From contig OZ024760.1 in NCBI GenBank assembly GCA_964016885.1, forward strand, positions 17,112,001-17,176,000: 64,000 bases of DNA, in the 5' to 3' direction. This document shows, piece after piece, positions 30,816-45,167 of the stretch. The position numbers and the translations under genes are program-made. Each line of letters starts with the position of its first letter. The first letter of the stretch is position 1. Source of the stretch: Eledone cirrhosa (lineage: Eukaryota). A model generated the notes under the pieces. It saw nothing but the letters and a program-made list of their open reading frames with translations. It was not told the DNA's origin and did not search any database.

Positions 30816-32092
30816 TGTGTATATATATGTGTATATATATGTATATGTATATATATATGTATATATATGTATGTATATATATATATATGTATATATATAT
30901 ATGTATATATATGTCTGTATATATATGTATGTATATGTATATATATGTCTGTATATATATGTATGTATATGTATATATATGTATGTATATATATATATAT
31001 GTATATATATATGTATATATATGTATGTATATATATATATATGTATATATATATGTATATATATGTATGTATATGTATATATATGTATGTATATATATAT
31101 GTATATATATATATATGTATATATATATGTATATATATATATATGTATATATATATGTATATATATGTCTGTATATATATGTATGTATATATATATATAT
31201 GTATATATGTATGTATATATATATATATGTATATATGTATGTATATATGTATGTATATATATATATGTATATATGTATGTATATATATATATGTATATAT
31301 GTATGTATATATATATATGTATGTATATGTATGTATATATATATATGTATGTATATGTATGTATATATATATGTATGTATATATATATATGTATGTATAT
31401 GTATGTATATATATATATGTATGTATATGTATGTATATATATATATGTATATGTATGTATATGTATGTATATATATATATGTATGTATATATATATGTAT
31501 GTATATGTATGTATATATATATATGTATGTATATATATATGTATGTATATGTATGTGTATATATATATTTATGTGTATATATATGTATATATATGTATGT
31601 GTATATATGTATGTGTATATATATGTGTATATATGTATGTGTATATATATGTATGTGTATATATATGTATATATATGTATGTGTATATATATGTATATAT
31701 ATGTATGTGTATATATATGTATATATATGTATGTGTATATATATGTATATATATGTATGTGTATATATATGTATATATATGTATGTGTATATATATGTAT
31801 ATATATGTATGTGTATATATATGTATGTGTATGTATGTGTATATATATGTATGTGTGTATGTATGTGTATATATATGTATATATATGTATGTATATATAT
31901 GTATGTGTATATATATGTATATATATATGTATATATATGTATGTGTATATATATGTATATATATATGTATATATATATGTATGTATATGTATATATATAT
32001 GTATGTATATATATATGTATATATATATGTATGTATATATATATGTATATGTATATATGTATATATATATATGTATATGTATATATGTATAT

Positions 32093-32138
<46 letters not shown>

Positions 32139-32141
32139 ATG

Positions 32142-32172
<31 letters not shown>

Positions 32173-32228
32173 ATGTATATATATATATATATATATGTAT
32201 GTATATGTATATATATATATATATATGT

Positions 32229-32260
<32 letters not shown>

Positions 32261-32314
32261 GTATATATATGTATATGTATATATATATGTATATGTATAT
32301 ATATGTATATGTAT

Positions 32315-32346
<32 letters not shown>

Positions 32347-32510
32347 GTATATATATGTATGTGTATATATATGTATGTATATATATGTGTGTATATATAT
32401 GTATGTATATGTATATATATGTATGTATGTATATGTATGTATGTGTATATGTATGTATGTGTATGTATGTGTATATATATATATATATATATGTATGTAT
32501 ATCTATATAT
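29380..32510. repeat. About 3.1 kb of degenerate (TA)n/(TATG)n microsatellite
   Basis: Seen directly; similar blocks at about 9165-9930, 11210-12020, 19230-20450, 25105-25635 and 52270-55570. Confidence 0.95.
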
Positions 32511-33428
32511 AAAAACTTCGATTATCTCCCCTTGGATTTTACCTCCCTTGATTTTAAGATCTCATTTCAACAGCTGAGTAAACTGGAGCAACGGGAAATA
32601 AAGTGTCTTGCTCAAGGAAACAACACATCACCTCATCCAAGAATTGAACTCACAACCTTTCGATTGCAAGCCCAATGCTCTAACCACTAAGCCATGCGAC
32701 TTCACCTCACATAATATCAAATCTATGAGATTTTGCTATTATTTATTTTGAGGACAATACCTTAACATCAGTATGAGCGGCTGGTTATAGCCAGTTTCAA
32801 CAGAAAAAGGTGAGAGAATTCTGGCCAGTTTAAATACTAAAGGGTTAATGAAGGGATTTACTAAAATTATTAATTATTTCATTACTAAGATAGTAAATTA
32901 ACCCCTTCATGACTGCATTATTAACATCCTTACGGGGGTAGATAAAATAAATTACCAGTAATGCACTGGTGGTAATTGCTGGCCTTGTACCAAAAGTAGA
33001 AACAATTATTAAATATGTACTATTAAGAGTTTATAAAAAACAAAAGAGAGAACAAAAACACTATTTTAAAATTTTATTTTGAAGGGGAAATAACCCATAA
33101 AAAGGGATTTGAACCAATTATCTTTTTTTGTTAATCATTATGCCAATTGCTGGAGCAGTCGGTCAACTGCTTTACCTGACAGCCGACAACTATCCAGCCA
33201 GTACTACCGTTCAACAGACTAGCCAGTGCATAACTCGTTCATTTCTGCAGCTATTACATGATATAGTCTACTGAAAGAAAGAAACCTGTAATTCGAATAT
33301 ACTACGATATGGTCTTAATATATATATGTATATATATGTATGTAAAAGGTAAACAGAGATAACAACACAATTGGTACAGTATACGGAAGGGATATATTAG
33401 GTTAACGCTTGATATAGCAGGAAGAGGG

Positions 33429-33465
33429 TCTTAACGTTTCGGACCGCTAGTCCTTCATCAGAAGA
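33429..33465 (-). ncRNA. Minimal hammerhead ribozyme motif (family B, second copy)
   Basis: Reverse strand tctt-CTGATGA-a-GGAC tagcg GTCC-GAAACGTT|aaga; the loop differs from 22138 while the stems are conserved. Confidence 0.7.
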
Positions 33466-36400
33466 ATGAATAAGATAGATTTAGGGGGGGGGGGGCTATA
33501 TATATATATATTCTCAGGGAAGTGGGAAAACTCGGCGTAAGGAAGCTGTTAGAACAGCAAAATTCCGTTGAAGCGGCGTTGGGTAAAATATTACCTCGAG
33601 AGACAGATCAACGGCTCGATGTGAGCTGACTGGAAGGAAGAGAAGATAGGATGGAGGAAATTGAGTTCTGAAGAGCATATTTTCATGTTTGTGACCTCTA
33701 CCTTCAGTTTCGACGAATTAATGAGATTACTGTAACAATACTTACACATCAGTATGAGTACCAGGTTACAGCTACAAAGCACGGTGTCCAACGCTCTGCT
33801 GTGTTCAGACCTGGAGAGAGTTGGGCTCCGCAAGGTTTAAAAGTGCCCTAGATACGCCGTATAACGGTGCCTCTACAACTCCACAAGGACTTATGGGATA
33901 TTTCTCCTTAGGTTAGTATATAAATTTTTTTATGTATTCTTGTAACTTCTTCGCTGGTATGATACTCATGACTTATGGGATCTTTGCTTTGAAAACTTCC
34001 TGGTTTGTACTGGAATACATGGTACTTGTAGCAGACAGAAGCTTAACCTGACCATGAAAACAATAAAAGTTTCTAATTGAGACACAACAGTATCTTTAAC
34101 AAAAGTCCATTAAATCAACCATATATACTCCAATATAAGCTGACCCTACTATTTTATATTTGATAAATGGGCAAAGATCGAAACCTTATTTACATAGGAT
34201 ATGCGATGGCTGGAGAGAAATGAAGCAAGCATGCTCCGTTGGATGTGCAATGTCAATGTGCCTGAACGACCGAGCATGGATGAGTTGAGAGAGAAACTGT
34301 GTATAAGAGGGATAAGTTGTAATGTGCGGGGGAGAAGGCTAAGATGGTATGGAGGAGATGACGAAGGGCCGTGACAGGTAAAAGCGGACATAAAATGATC
34401 TTTTTTCTGCTATAAATTGTTTATGGCCAGTTTAATGGTCACTCCCACGCCTCTAGCCCCCATATATACACTCACGTTTATGTATCAATCAGTACCCCCA
34501 GAATGTTGGCTCCATGGAACTCCCTGCTCATGTCTTTCTCCCTCAAAAGCACACTATCATTTCCAGAAACAGATCTGTCCGTAACATATATATATTACCA
34601 TCTTAAAATAAATATTAATTGTTCTGTACAAAATACTAGTAGTTTTTAAATAAATTTATTTATAGAAACGGAATGAGAATGAGTTTACACGCCTCAAAAT
34701 ATATTCCATATGTTATTTCTTTCCATATATATTTTTTTTAATAAATAAAATGTTACCTATAAGTATGACTTTTGTTTACTAAGTAACATTGTCCCTTCGC
34801 GTGGCGATACGCGTAGCGGTTCGGACTTTATCGCCTACTTATGTATGGCGTGACCATTCCATGTGTCTGAAGATCGAATCACTGCGGTGGCAGGCTGAGT
34901 AATGCTTTTTGCTCTAAATTTGATTAGAGTTACTTCCTCTTTATGGAACTCTTCCCATTTTGGATACTGTTTTCATTACTGTACACTAGCACCATCTCTC
35001 TATACACACTTTATGTCAATAACACTCACATTTTGGATATTGTGTTCATGTGTATTTTCTTTACTGTGGCTTTCTGGCACATCTTCACCCACTTTAAAAC
35101 TAAAAAAACGACTAGACATACAAATAGTGTTCCAAACATCGGAAGAACGCGAATAAAAAACGTTAAAAATTTGGATTTTACTAATTTTATGGAGGTAAAG
35201 TAAAGCTTTATTTTATGTTGATCACTTTTATTAAAACAATTTCTGTTTATCTCCCTCCATAATGTCAGAAATAATTATTTAAACGTTAGTTTTGTTTAGC
35301 TTCTGTCACACCTCTACATTCTAATCTAATACAACACACCTCTCACACAGTCTTAGTTTCTTTTTTTCAGAAACTTCATTTACAGTTCCCCCCTTTAGAG
35401 ATTTACATCTACATTCTTAGTTTCTTTAGTGTTACCTTCCTTGGTGTAGGAAAAGGTTTTCTTGTTTCCTCTATTTAAATGTATATATAATAAAATAGTT
35501 TTGTTTAGCTTCTGTTACACCTTACATTCAAATGTAATAGAACACACCTCCCCCACAAATAGTTTATTCTTTAGATTAGTAAATAATATATCCTCGTATT
35601 TTATAATCAGAGGTAAACTGTTGATCGGTGTTAACTAGATATCGCTTTTACTTTTAACCTACAAAACATAGAACATTCTTAGTTTGGGGTCTCTTGCCCA
35701 GCGATTCATTGGAGAAAAAAATATAAACGAGGTAATTCGTTCGGAAAGGAGATTTTCATAAGAATAATATATATAAAACCATTGAGCAAATACTTATTAA
35801 AGTTTAAGCAAAGAGTATATGTGTCTTCCTAATAAATGTAGCGGTCCTGGCGTCAGTAATCTTTAATTTTAATTATTCATTGGAGAAAAAGATATAAACG
35901 AAATGAATGGAGGTAATTCGTTCTGAATAGAGATTTTCATAAGGAAATTGTATATGTCTATATGTGTCTTCCTAATAAATGTAGCGGTCCTGGTGTCAGT
36001 ACGGAGGTAAGTAATCTTTAATTTTAATTATTCATTGGAGAAAAAAATATAAACGAAATGAATGGAGGTAATTCGTTCTGAATAGAGATTTTCATAAGGA
36101 AATTGTTAGTGCGTTGGACGATGTTTTTATTTAATGAATATAATTTCATAATTTATAGAGAAAAAAAGGTTCAGAGGTCGAATCCCTCATCGTCACAATA
36201 CCACCAATGCGCTAATAATTTTCTTGTAAAGATATCTCTACTCAGAACCCCAAATTACCTCCCTTCGTTTCGTTTATTTTTTTTTAAACAAAAATTGTGA
36301 AAAGTACCCATAAGTATGTGTTTGGAACTCAGTAGAATTGCGGCCTTCGAGGTGGCGCGCGAGCTGCGTCTCGTCTCGCCAGTCCCAGTGACTGACGTTC

Positions 36401-36579
36401 GTTTCGTAGTGGCGTGCGACTGCTAAAAGGGCCTGGGACTGTCTGGGCCGGTACTTAGATTACTGGCCCGTCCCAGACCACCTCGGAGAATTTTTTTGCT
36501 AAAAAAAATTTCGATTATCTCCCCTTGGATTTTTACCTCCCTTGATTTTAAGAATTCATTTTGATTTAGATTTTTCGAC

Positions 36580-38090
36580 TTTTCATATAGATTTATTTTG
36601 GACACTTTAAGAAACACTCTTTTCATATAGAATTTTCTTTCGACTTTTCAAAAACACACATTTCATATAGAATTTTTTTTGACACTTTCAAAAACACTCA
36701 TTTCATATAGAATTTTTTTTCGACTTTTCAAAAACACACGTTTCATATATAATTTTTTTTCGACTTTTCAAAAACACTCTTTTCATATAGAATTTTTTTT
36801 CGACTTTTCAAAAACACTCTTTTCATATAGAATTTTTTTTCGACTTTTCAAAAACACACATTTCATATAGAATTTTTTTTGACACTTTCAGAAATACTCG
36901 TTTCATATAGAATTTTTTTTCGACTTTTCAAAAACACACATTTCATAAAGAATTTTTTTTCGACTTTTCAAAAACACTCATTTCATATAGATTTTTTTTT
37001 CGACTTTTCAAAAACACACATTTCATATAGAATTTTTTTTCGACTTTTCAAAAACACTCGTTTCATATAGAATTTTTTTTCGACTTTTCAAAAACACACA
37101 TTTCATATAGAATTTTTTTTCGACTTTTCAAAAACACACATTTCATATAGAATTTTTTTCGACTTTTCAAAAACACTCGTTTCATATAGAATTTTTTTTC
37201 GACTTTTCAAAAACACTCATTTCATATAGAATTTTTTTTGACACTTTCAAAAACACTCATTTCATATAGATTTTTTTTGACACTTTTCAAAAACACTCGT
37301 TTCATATAGAATTTTTTTTCGACTTTTCAAAAACACACATTTCATATAGAATTTTTTTTGACACTTTCAAAAACACTCATTTCATATAGAATTTTTTTTC
37401 GACTTTTCAAAAACACACATTTCATATAGAATTTTTTTTGACACTTTCAAAAACACTCATTTCATATAGAATTTTTTTTCGACTTTTCAAAAACACACAT
37501 TTCATATAGAATTTTTTTTGACACTTTCAAAAACACTCATTTCATATAGAATTTTTTTTGACACTTTCAAAAACACACATTTCATATAGAATTTTTTTTG
37601 ACACTTTCAAAAACACTCATTTCATATAGAATTTTTTTTGACACTTTCAAAAACACACATTTCATATAGAATTTTTTTTGACACTTTCAAAAACACTCAT
37701 TTCATATAGAATTTTTTTTCGACTTTTCAAAAACACACATTTCATATAGAATTTTTTTTGACACTTTCAAAAACACTCATTTCATATAGAATTTTTTTTC
37801 GACTTTTCAAAAACACTCATTTCATATAGAATTTTTTTTGACACTTTCAAAAACACTCATTTCATATAGAATTTTTTTTCGACTTTGCAAAAACACTCAT
37901 TTCATATAGAATTTTTTTTGACACTTTCAAAAACACTCATTTCATATAGATTTTTTTTTTCGACTTTTCAAAAACACTCATTTCATATAGAATTTTTTTT
38001 GACACTTTCAAAAACACACATTTCATATAGAATTTTTTTTCGACTTTTCAAAAACACTCATTTCATATAGAATCTTTTTTGACACTACAT
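36580..38090. repeat. 40-bp AT-rich satellite
   Basis: cgacttttcaaaaacactcatttcatatagaatttttttt, about 37 units. Confidence 0.95.
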
Positions 38091-40144
38091 TTACATTCTT
38101 AGTTACTTTTTTTAGACACTTCATTTAGATTCTTTTTAGACACTCCATCTACATTCTTAGTTTCTTTTTTTAGACACTTCATTTAGATTCTTAGTTTCTT
38201 TTTAGACACTCCATCTACATTCTTAGTTTCTTTTTAGACACTTCATTTAGATTCTTAGTTTCTTTTTTTTAGACACTTCATTTAGAATCTTAGTTTCTTT
38301 TTAGACACTCCATCTACATTCTTAGTTTCTTTTTAGACACTTCATTTAGATTCTTAGTTTCTTTTTCACATTATTATTAAAGGGAGACAACTCATGTTTT
38401 TAAAGAGTTACCTCCCTTGAATAAAAAAAATTCTCCTCTGTTGAAAGAGTTACCTCCCTTGAATTAAAAATTCTCCTCTGTTGAAAGAGTTACCTCCCTT
38501 GAATAAAAAAAAAAAAAACTCTCCCCTCTGTTGAAAGAGTTACGTTCGTTTAATAAGAAAAATATGTCTTTGAAAGAGTTAATTCCTGTACTGAAATATA
38601 TTCCGAAGGAGGTTTTAGACAGTCGGTATTTCTTTCGAAGACAAGAGACGTTTATATGTCTCGGCGCTGATTTCTTTCGTCAAAATATTAACACAACTAG
38701 TATATAATATGTAAAGATTTCTTTATTAACAGAAACTTTGTTTATGAGGCTTAAAGCTAATCTTTTTTTGTCAAATAAACTGAACAAAACTCGTAAATAA
38801 TGTGTAAAAAAATTTTTATTCATACAATTCGTAAATAATATGTATATATTTTTTTATTAACAGACACTCCATCACTGTTCAGGAAACTTGAACTTGTAAA
38901 TACTTTCACAATCAAAACCTTCTTTCGGTGGTTGCAGCAAACAACACAGCATATGACCGAGAAGGCTGGACATCTGTAAGAAAAATGAAATAAGAAAAAC
39001 TATGAAAGTCATTTATGTACATTGTCAATAAAAAAAATTAAACTTTCTAAAATTCTTCCAGCTTTTACTATAATATATATAAATACACATATGGATATAT
39101 ATTTAGAACTTTATAAAATTCTTTCAATTTATTTCTTTCAATTTATTTCTTACAATATATATATATATATATGCGTATAAAAACATGTATAAATATTTAC
39201 ATGTGTATATATATAGTGAAATTCCGTTATAAATTATATATGTACATATACAATAATACATGTATATATACAGAAACAAGAAAACCTGTTCCTACATTGG
39301 GTTTATCAAATGTCAAATATGTCTTATTAAAGCTACTTATAGGTAATAGGGATGTGGTCCGGGAGCCACCAGAGAACGGCCAATACTTTGGCAGGTGTCA
39401 CAACATACACAGATGAAGGGCCTACCCCCACGATGATTGTCAAGGTGGGAAGGGAAGCCTGGTGGCCAGCACCTTAAGTCCACGACAGTGAGGCTCACAG
39501 ATAAGGGAAAGCCAGGTGTGGAGTTGAGAGGACGAGTGAAAACAAGCCAGTGTTTATAAAGAAACTAAGAATGTAAATGAAGTGTTTTAAAACGTAATGT
39601 AAGTGAGGTGTCTAAAAAGAAACCAAGAATTTATATGAAGTGTCCAAAAACATCTATCTAAGGGCCTACCCTCGCGATGATTGTCAAGCTCGCCGATCGA
39701 GCTGGGAAGGGACATTCTTAGTTTCTCTCTTAAGAAACTTCATCTACATTCTTAATTTCTCTCTTAAGAATGTAGATGAAGCTTCTCAAAAAAAGAAACT
39801 AAGAATGTAAATAGAGGAAACCTTTTCTTACATCAAGAAAGAAACTGAGAATGTAAATGACCCCCCAAAAAAATCTTTATGAAAGTGTCGAAATACAATC
39901 TATATAATCTTGTTCTATGTTACGTTGGTTAAAAGCAATATCTAATTAACACTGATTACAAAATACGAGGATATATTATTTACCAACTTACATAATCTAA
40001 AGAATACACTATTTGTGGGAGAGGTGTGTTGTATTAGATTAGAATGTAAGGTGTCACAGAAGCTAAATAAAACTATTTTGTCTTTTATTATATATACATT
40101 TAGCTAGAGGAAACAAGAAAACTTTTTCCTACATATATGGTGTA

Positions 40145-40580
40145 GAGATGACTTAGAAAGTATATATAGTGCTAAGATGACTTAGAAAGTGTGTATATAG
40201 TGTTGAGATGATTTAGAAAGTGTGTATATAGTGTTAAGATGACTTAGAAAGTGTGTATATAGTGTTGAGGTGGCTTAGAAAGTGTGTATATAGTGTTAAG
40301 ATGATTTAGAAAGTGTGTATATAGTGTTAAGATGACTTAGAAAATGTGTATATAGTGTTGAGGTGGCTTAGAAATTGTGTGTATATATAGTCTCTTGATG
40401 ACTTAGAAAGTGTGTATATGACTTAGTAAGAGTGTATATAGTGTTGAGACGACTTAGAAAGTGTGTATATAATGTCGAAATGACTTAGTGTGTATATAGT
40501 GTCGAGATGGCTTAGTATGTAGGTACATAGTGTCGAGATGGCTTAGAAAGTGTGTATATAGTGTTGAGATGGCTTAGAAG
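40145..40580. repeat. 31-bp minisatellite inside the right inverted arm
   Basis: gatgacttagaaagtgtgtatatagtgttaa. Confidence 0.9.
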
Positions 40581-42169
40581 AGGTAACACTATTTGTATGT
40601 GTAGCTTTTTTTTAGTTTAAAAGAAAGTGTGTATATAATAACATGTATGTGTATAGAGAGAAGGTTTAGTTTCTTAGATAGTATACAGCAAAGAAAACAT
40701 TACATACCTCTTTACACGAAGAAATAAATATCCAAAGTGATTTTCTTTCTAAAACCGGAAGTCAATTGAAAAGGGGAGATAACTCTAATCAAAGTTACAC
40801 TAAAAATTCGATTGTTCCCGAGATCCGGGACGCAGGCCACCAAGTAGCCAACCTGCAAATAGTCTCAGCTGTATAAGCCACGACGACCTCGTAACGATTC
40901 GAACTCCAGACACATAGAATGGTCACGCCATACATAAGTAGACGACGAAGTCGGAACTGCTACGCGCATCGTCAAGCGAAGCTGCAATTCTACCAAATAA
41001 AATTAGTATACTTATAGCTAAAATTTTATTTATTAAAAAAAATATATATATAGAAACGGAACGAAAGCAAGATAATACGCCTCAAAATATATTCCGTGTG
41101 TTACCTCACTCTCATTCCGTTTCTATATATAAATTAATTTAGAAACTACTAGTATTTAGTACATAAATAATTAATATACATGTTCCTGTAAATAAAAATT
41201 GTTGTTTATCACCGGGTTTCCTTGTTAAATGTCTCTCCCTCGATAGGATACCGGTCTATCGCAGGATTAACTACTAAGTGTACTGGAGCAACACGAAATA
41301 AAGTCTTTTCTTTTAAAAGAACATTTTAGTGTGTTGGCTGTTAACTACACAGGAAGAAGTATACAGCAGATTTCTTCTAGAGAAAGCTTTTCACAAAGTC
41401 TCCTATTCCATTATCTGGAGCAAAAGTGACAGAAGAGGTTTTATTTAGCCGTAGTAAATCCTATGAGAAGTTTACATGTGTAAACTCCTTATTTCGCCAT
41501 CTGACCTGGTTTTAGCTAACTAACGTTTATCATGGTTTAGATATAATATATGTAAATGAATTTATGGATACAATTTGAGTGGCCTAATCTTGTAGTGAAC
41601 CGAGGCAGTTTCTTTTGCAAATTTAAAAAAAGGCCTTAGGGTTTGTTTGTAATATTTTCTATGGCCTTGACTTCTCTTTCTGCCCTCTCCTTATGAGAAA
41701 GTTTGAGTGCAGTTTCTATTTGAAGTAGGGCCTGTTTCAGACTCTATTGTTTAATGACCTTTTACAATATTTGTGTGTGATATGAGAAAGATATATTTAT
41801 AATTGTTTCTACTCTAGGTACAAGGCCAGCAATTTGAAGCGGAGGAGGAAAGTCGATTAAATCGACCCTAGTGCATTACTGGTACTTTTATTTTATTTTA
41901 TTTTATCGACCCCGTAAGAATGAAAGGCAAAGCTAACCTCGGTGGGGTTTGAACACAGAACGTGAAGGCTCGTGACTCTATGATGCGAAGCATGGTGTCC
42001 GACCCTCGACTGATACTGCCTTAAATAAGTGCCTCCTTCATCTCTGAACTATCCAACCTATCCAGTAACGTTAGTCCAAAGACTCTTCAGAAGGACCTCA
42101 TTTCAGACAAGGAAGCCTGAACAGGATTGACATACGTAGCCGGGTTGGAAGTGGTTGTAACATCAATTG

Positions 42170-42460
42170 GCTGGAATTTGCAGATGACATGGTGTTACCT
42201 AAATCGATAGAAAGTGATCTCCGACATGCCCTCATTAGGTTTGATGCAAAGTACTGCTTCTCAAGGAAGCCTGCACACTACATGTAAATGGAGTTCCACT
42301 GAAGCAGGTGGAGAAGTTCAAGTATCTCAGGGCTGTGTTTATGAGTGATGGAAGGCAAGGGGCTGAATTAAGTGTAAAGATTGCAGGAGGAACTCATGCA
42401 GTAATGAACCAGAGGTAGGTATAAAAGCCAAACTCGCTATCTTCAATTCAGTATTTGTGC
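42170..42460 (+). mobile_element. Degenerate LINE reverse transcriptase fragment
   Basis: FADDMVL at about 42178, followed by QVEKFKYL-like sequence. Confidence 0.6.
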
Positions 42461-43202
42461 AAACAAACACAATCGCGAATACAAGGCTCTTTTGGCCGGT
42501 GCTTATCCCGATTTCATGGCATAAAGCAATTGAGAGTACAAGACTTTCCCCTGGACAGAACGCCAGTCCATCGCCGTGTTAAACCCCCAGTTATTTCTGG
42601 TACTCATTTTCAGCTGAGTTTACTGGAGCAATGTGAAATGAAGTGTTTTGCTGAAGAACACAACACACAACCCAGTCCAGGAATCAAACCCACAACATTA
42701 TGACCGTAAGTCAGACCTGGTGTATATGTCTATATTTATTTACTGCACCACACACATATTCATCATATAATCTGTAATTAAAATATTTAATATTTGGTAT
42801 ATATAACTTAACTAATTAATTAACAAACAAATACCATTGTGTGATATTATGTCTGATACAGACATTTATTAATAACCATTGCGATGGCATGAACCATCTG
42901 TATACCACTGAGATAGTATAGGGTGATGTCAGTGGTAGAATAGGATGGTATAATGTCAGTGGGGTGGTATTGTTTGTGGATGGTATAGTTAATGCAACAG
43001 TATGGTGTCAGTGGTATATCCACTGTGATGGTATAGTGTCAGTGGTATATCTACTGAGATGGTATGGTGTTAGTGGTATATCTACTGAGATGGTATGGTG
43101 TTAGTGGTCAGGTCAATGGTATATCTACGGTGATGGTATAGTGTCCGTGATTTAGTTGCTGTAATGGTGTGGTGTTAGTTGTCAATGGTATGGTGTTAGT
43201 TG

Positions 43203-43278
43203 TCAGTGATATAGATCTTCTGCTTCATACTTCAGGTCATCCATGTGTGAACATATTTCATTTTCAACCTTTTTCAAC
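43203..43278 (-). CDS. REX1BD: REX1BD terminal exon RLKKVENEICSHMDDLKYEAEDLYH*
   Basis: 76 bp, tttcag| acceptor, in-frame TGA. Confidence 0.88.
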
Positions 43279-45097
43279 CTGAAAAAAGAAATAAAAACAA
43301 TAACAACAACAACAATAATAATATTGATGACACAATAACTTTACAGAGTACACTCTGTAAAGTGGTTGGTGTTAAGGAAGGGCTTCAAGCCATAGAAGTC
43401 ATACCAAAATGGTTGTATTTTATCATAGCACCAACACTACCACTTTACAGAGTGTACTGGGTGTATTTTATCATAGAACCAGCACTACCACTTTACAGAG
43501 TGTATTTTATCATGGTACCAGCATTACCCGTTTATAGAGTGTACTGGGTGTATTTTATCATAGCACCAGCACTACAATGGCTCTAGACATGACTCCTTTA
43601 TTCTGTCTACTCACCTCACTTTTTTCTCTTTAGCCTCCTCTTCGTGATTCAACTCATCAGGGAAGTCCTGCATGTGTTGACGCAACAACTGCAACTGAGC
43701 AACCTTCACAATAAAAAAGAATATATATGTGTCAGTGTGTGTGTATATATATATATATATGATGATGAGAATGATTTATTGTATATAAATGTATTATATG
43801 TTCTCATATACACTTCTATATATAATTATGTAACACACACCATGGAAATACGTATAACGGCTAATAAAATTTGGTGAAGTATAACCTTTTTGCCTTCTAC
43901 ATTATTATTATATATATATGAAGGTCGACAGAAATGTTCATAGGCTGACCAAGATACTCTCATGGAATGTGACCAAATGAGGTTTATTTTTCAACATAGT
44001 CCTTTCTGGTGGTGTGCAATGAACATCTGGTGGGGTACAGTTAACAGTTAGCCGTGTATAAAAAACATGTAGTGATGTACAGTGAACATATAGTAGTGTA
44101 CATAAACATGGAGTGGTGTACATCTGGTGATGTAGGGTGAACATCTGGTAGTGTACAGCAAACATCTAGTAGTGTATAGTGAACATATCGTAGTGTATAG
44201 TGAACATATCATGGTGTACAGTGAATATCTGATGATGTACAGTGAATATATATCGGTGTGCAGTGAACATCTGGTGGTGTATAATGAACATCTGGTAGTG
44301 TACAGTGAACATCTGGTAGTGAACATCTGGTAGCACACAATGAACACCTGGTAGTGTACAGTAAACATCTGGTGGTGTACAGTGAACATCTGGTAGCACA
44401 CAGTGAACATCTGATGGTGTACAATGAACATCTGGTGGTGTACAGTGAACATTTGATGGTGTACAGTGAACATCTGGTAGCACACAGTGAACATCTGGTA
44501 GTGTACAGTAAACATTTGATGGTGTACAGTGAACATCTGGTGGCACACAGTAAACATCTGGTAGTGTACAGTAAACATTTGATGGTGTACAGTGAACATC
44601 TGGTGGCACACAGTAAACATCTGGTAGTGTACAGTAAACATTTGATGGTGTACAGTGAACATCTGATAGTGTACAGTGAACATCTGGTGGTGTACAGTGA
44701 ACATCTGGTAGTGTACAATGAACAAAAACAATGAAAATATCGTTAACCTACCAGTTCTAGTTTCTCCTTCTCTCGATCCTGTATTTTACCAATGCAGTCT
44801 GCCACAGAATTCTGTTGATGGCTTGTTTCCAAATCTGTCTTTAACAAAACAATGTCCTGGGAAATCTTCTGAAATGTTTCTGTAATCTCAAACACCAATT
44901 GTCTGAAGAGAGGAAAGTTGTAATGTGGTTTGGCTTTCAAGTAGCCTTGGAATCCTCTGATGGGACATTACACCACGTGACAGTCAAGAGAAATAGAAAG
45001 AAAGAGAAAGAGTAAGTATAATACAAGGTCATGGTCACAAAAGGAAATTAACCTGTGGACTGTCATATATATTTTACGCAGCTAAAAACACCCAAGG

Positions 45098-45131
<34 letters not shown>

Positions 45132-45133
45132 CC

Positions 45134-45167
<34 letters not shown>

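Larger units (their letters stand above)
34612..41177. mobile_element. Element of about 6.6 kb with no long ORF, long diverged inverted arms and internal satellites
   Basis: 34612-35675 aligns in reverse complement with about 39910-41177. Confidence 0.6.

Noticed and set aside
29255-32690. Very long ORFs (up to 856 aa) of Y/I/M/C/V
   Set aside because: Translations of (TA/TG)n microsatellite that lack stops by composition; the same applies to ORFs at 11-12 kb, 19-20 kb and 52-57 kb
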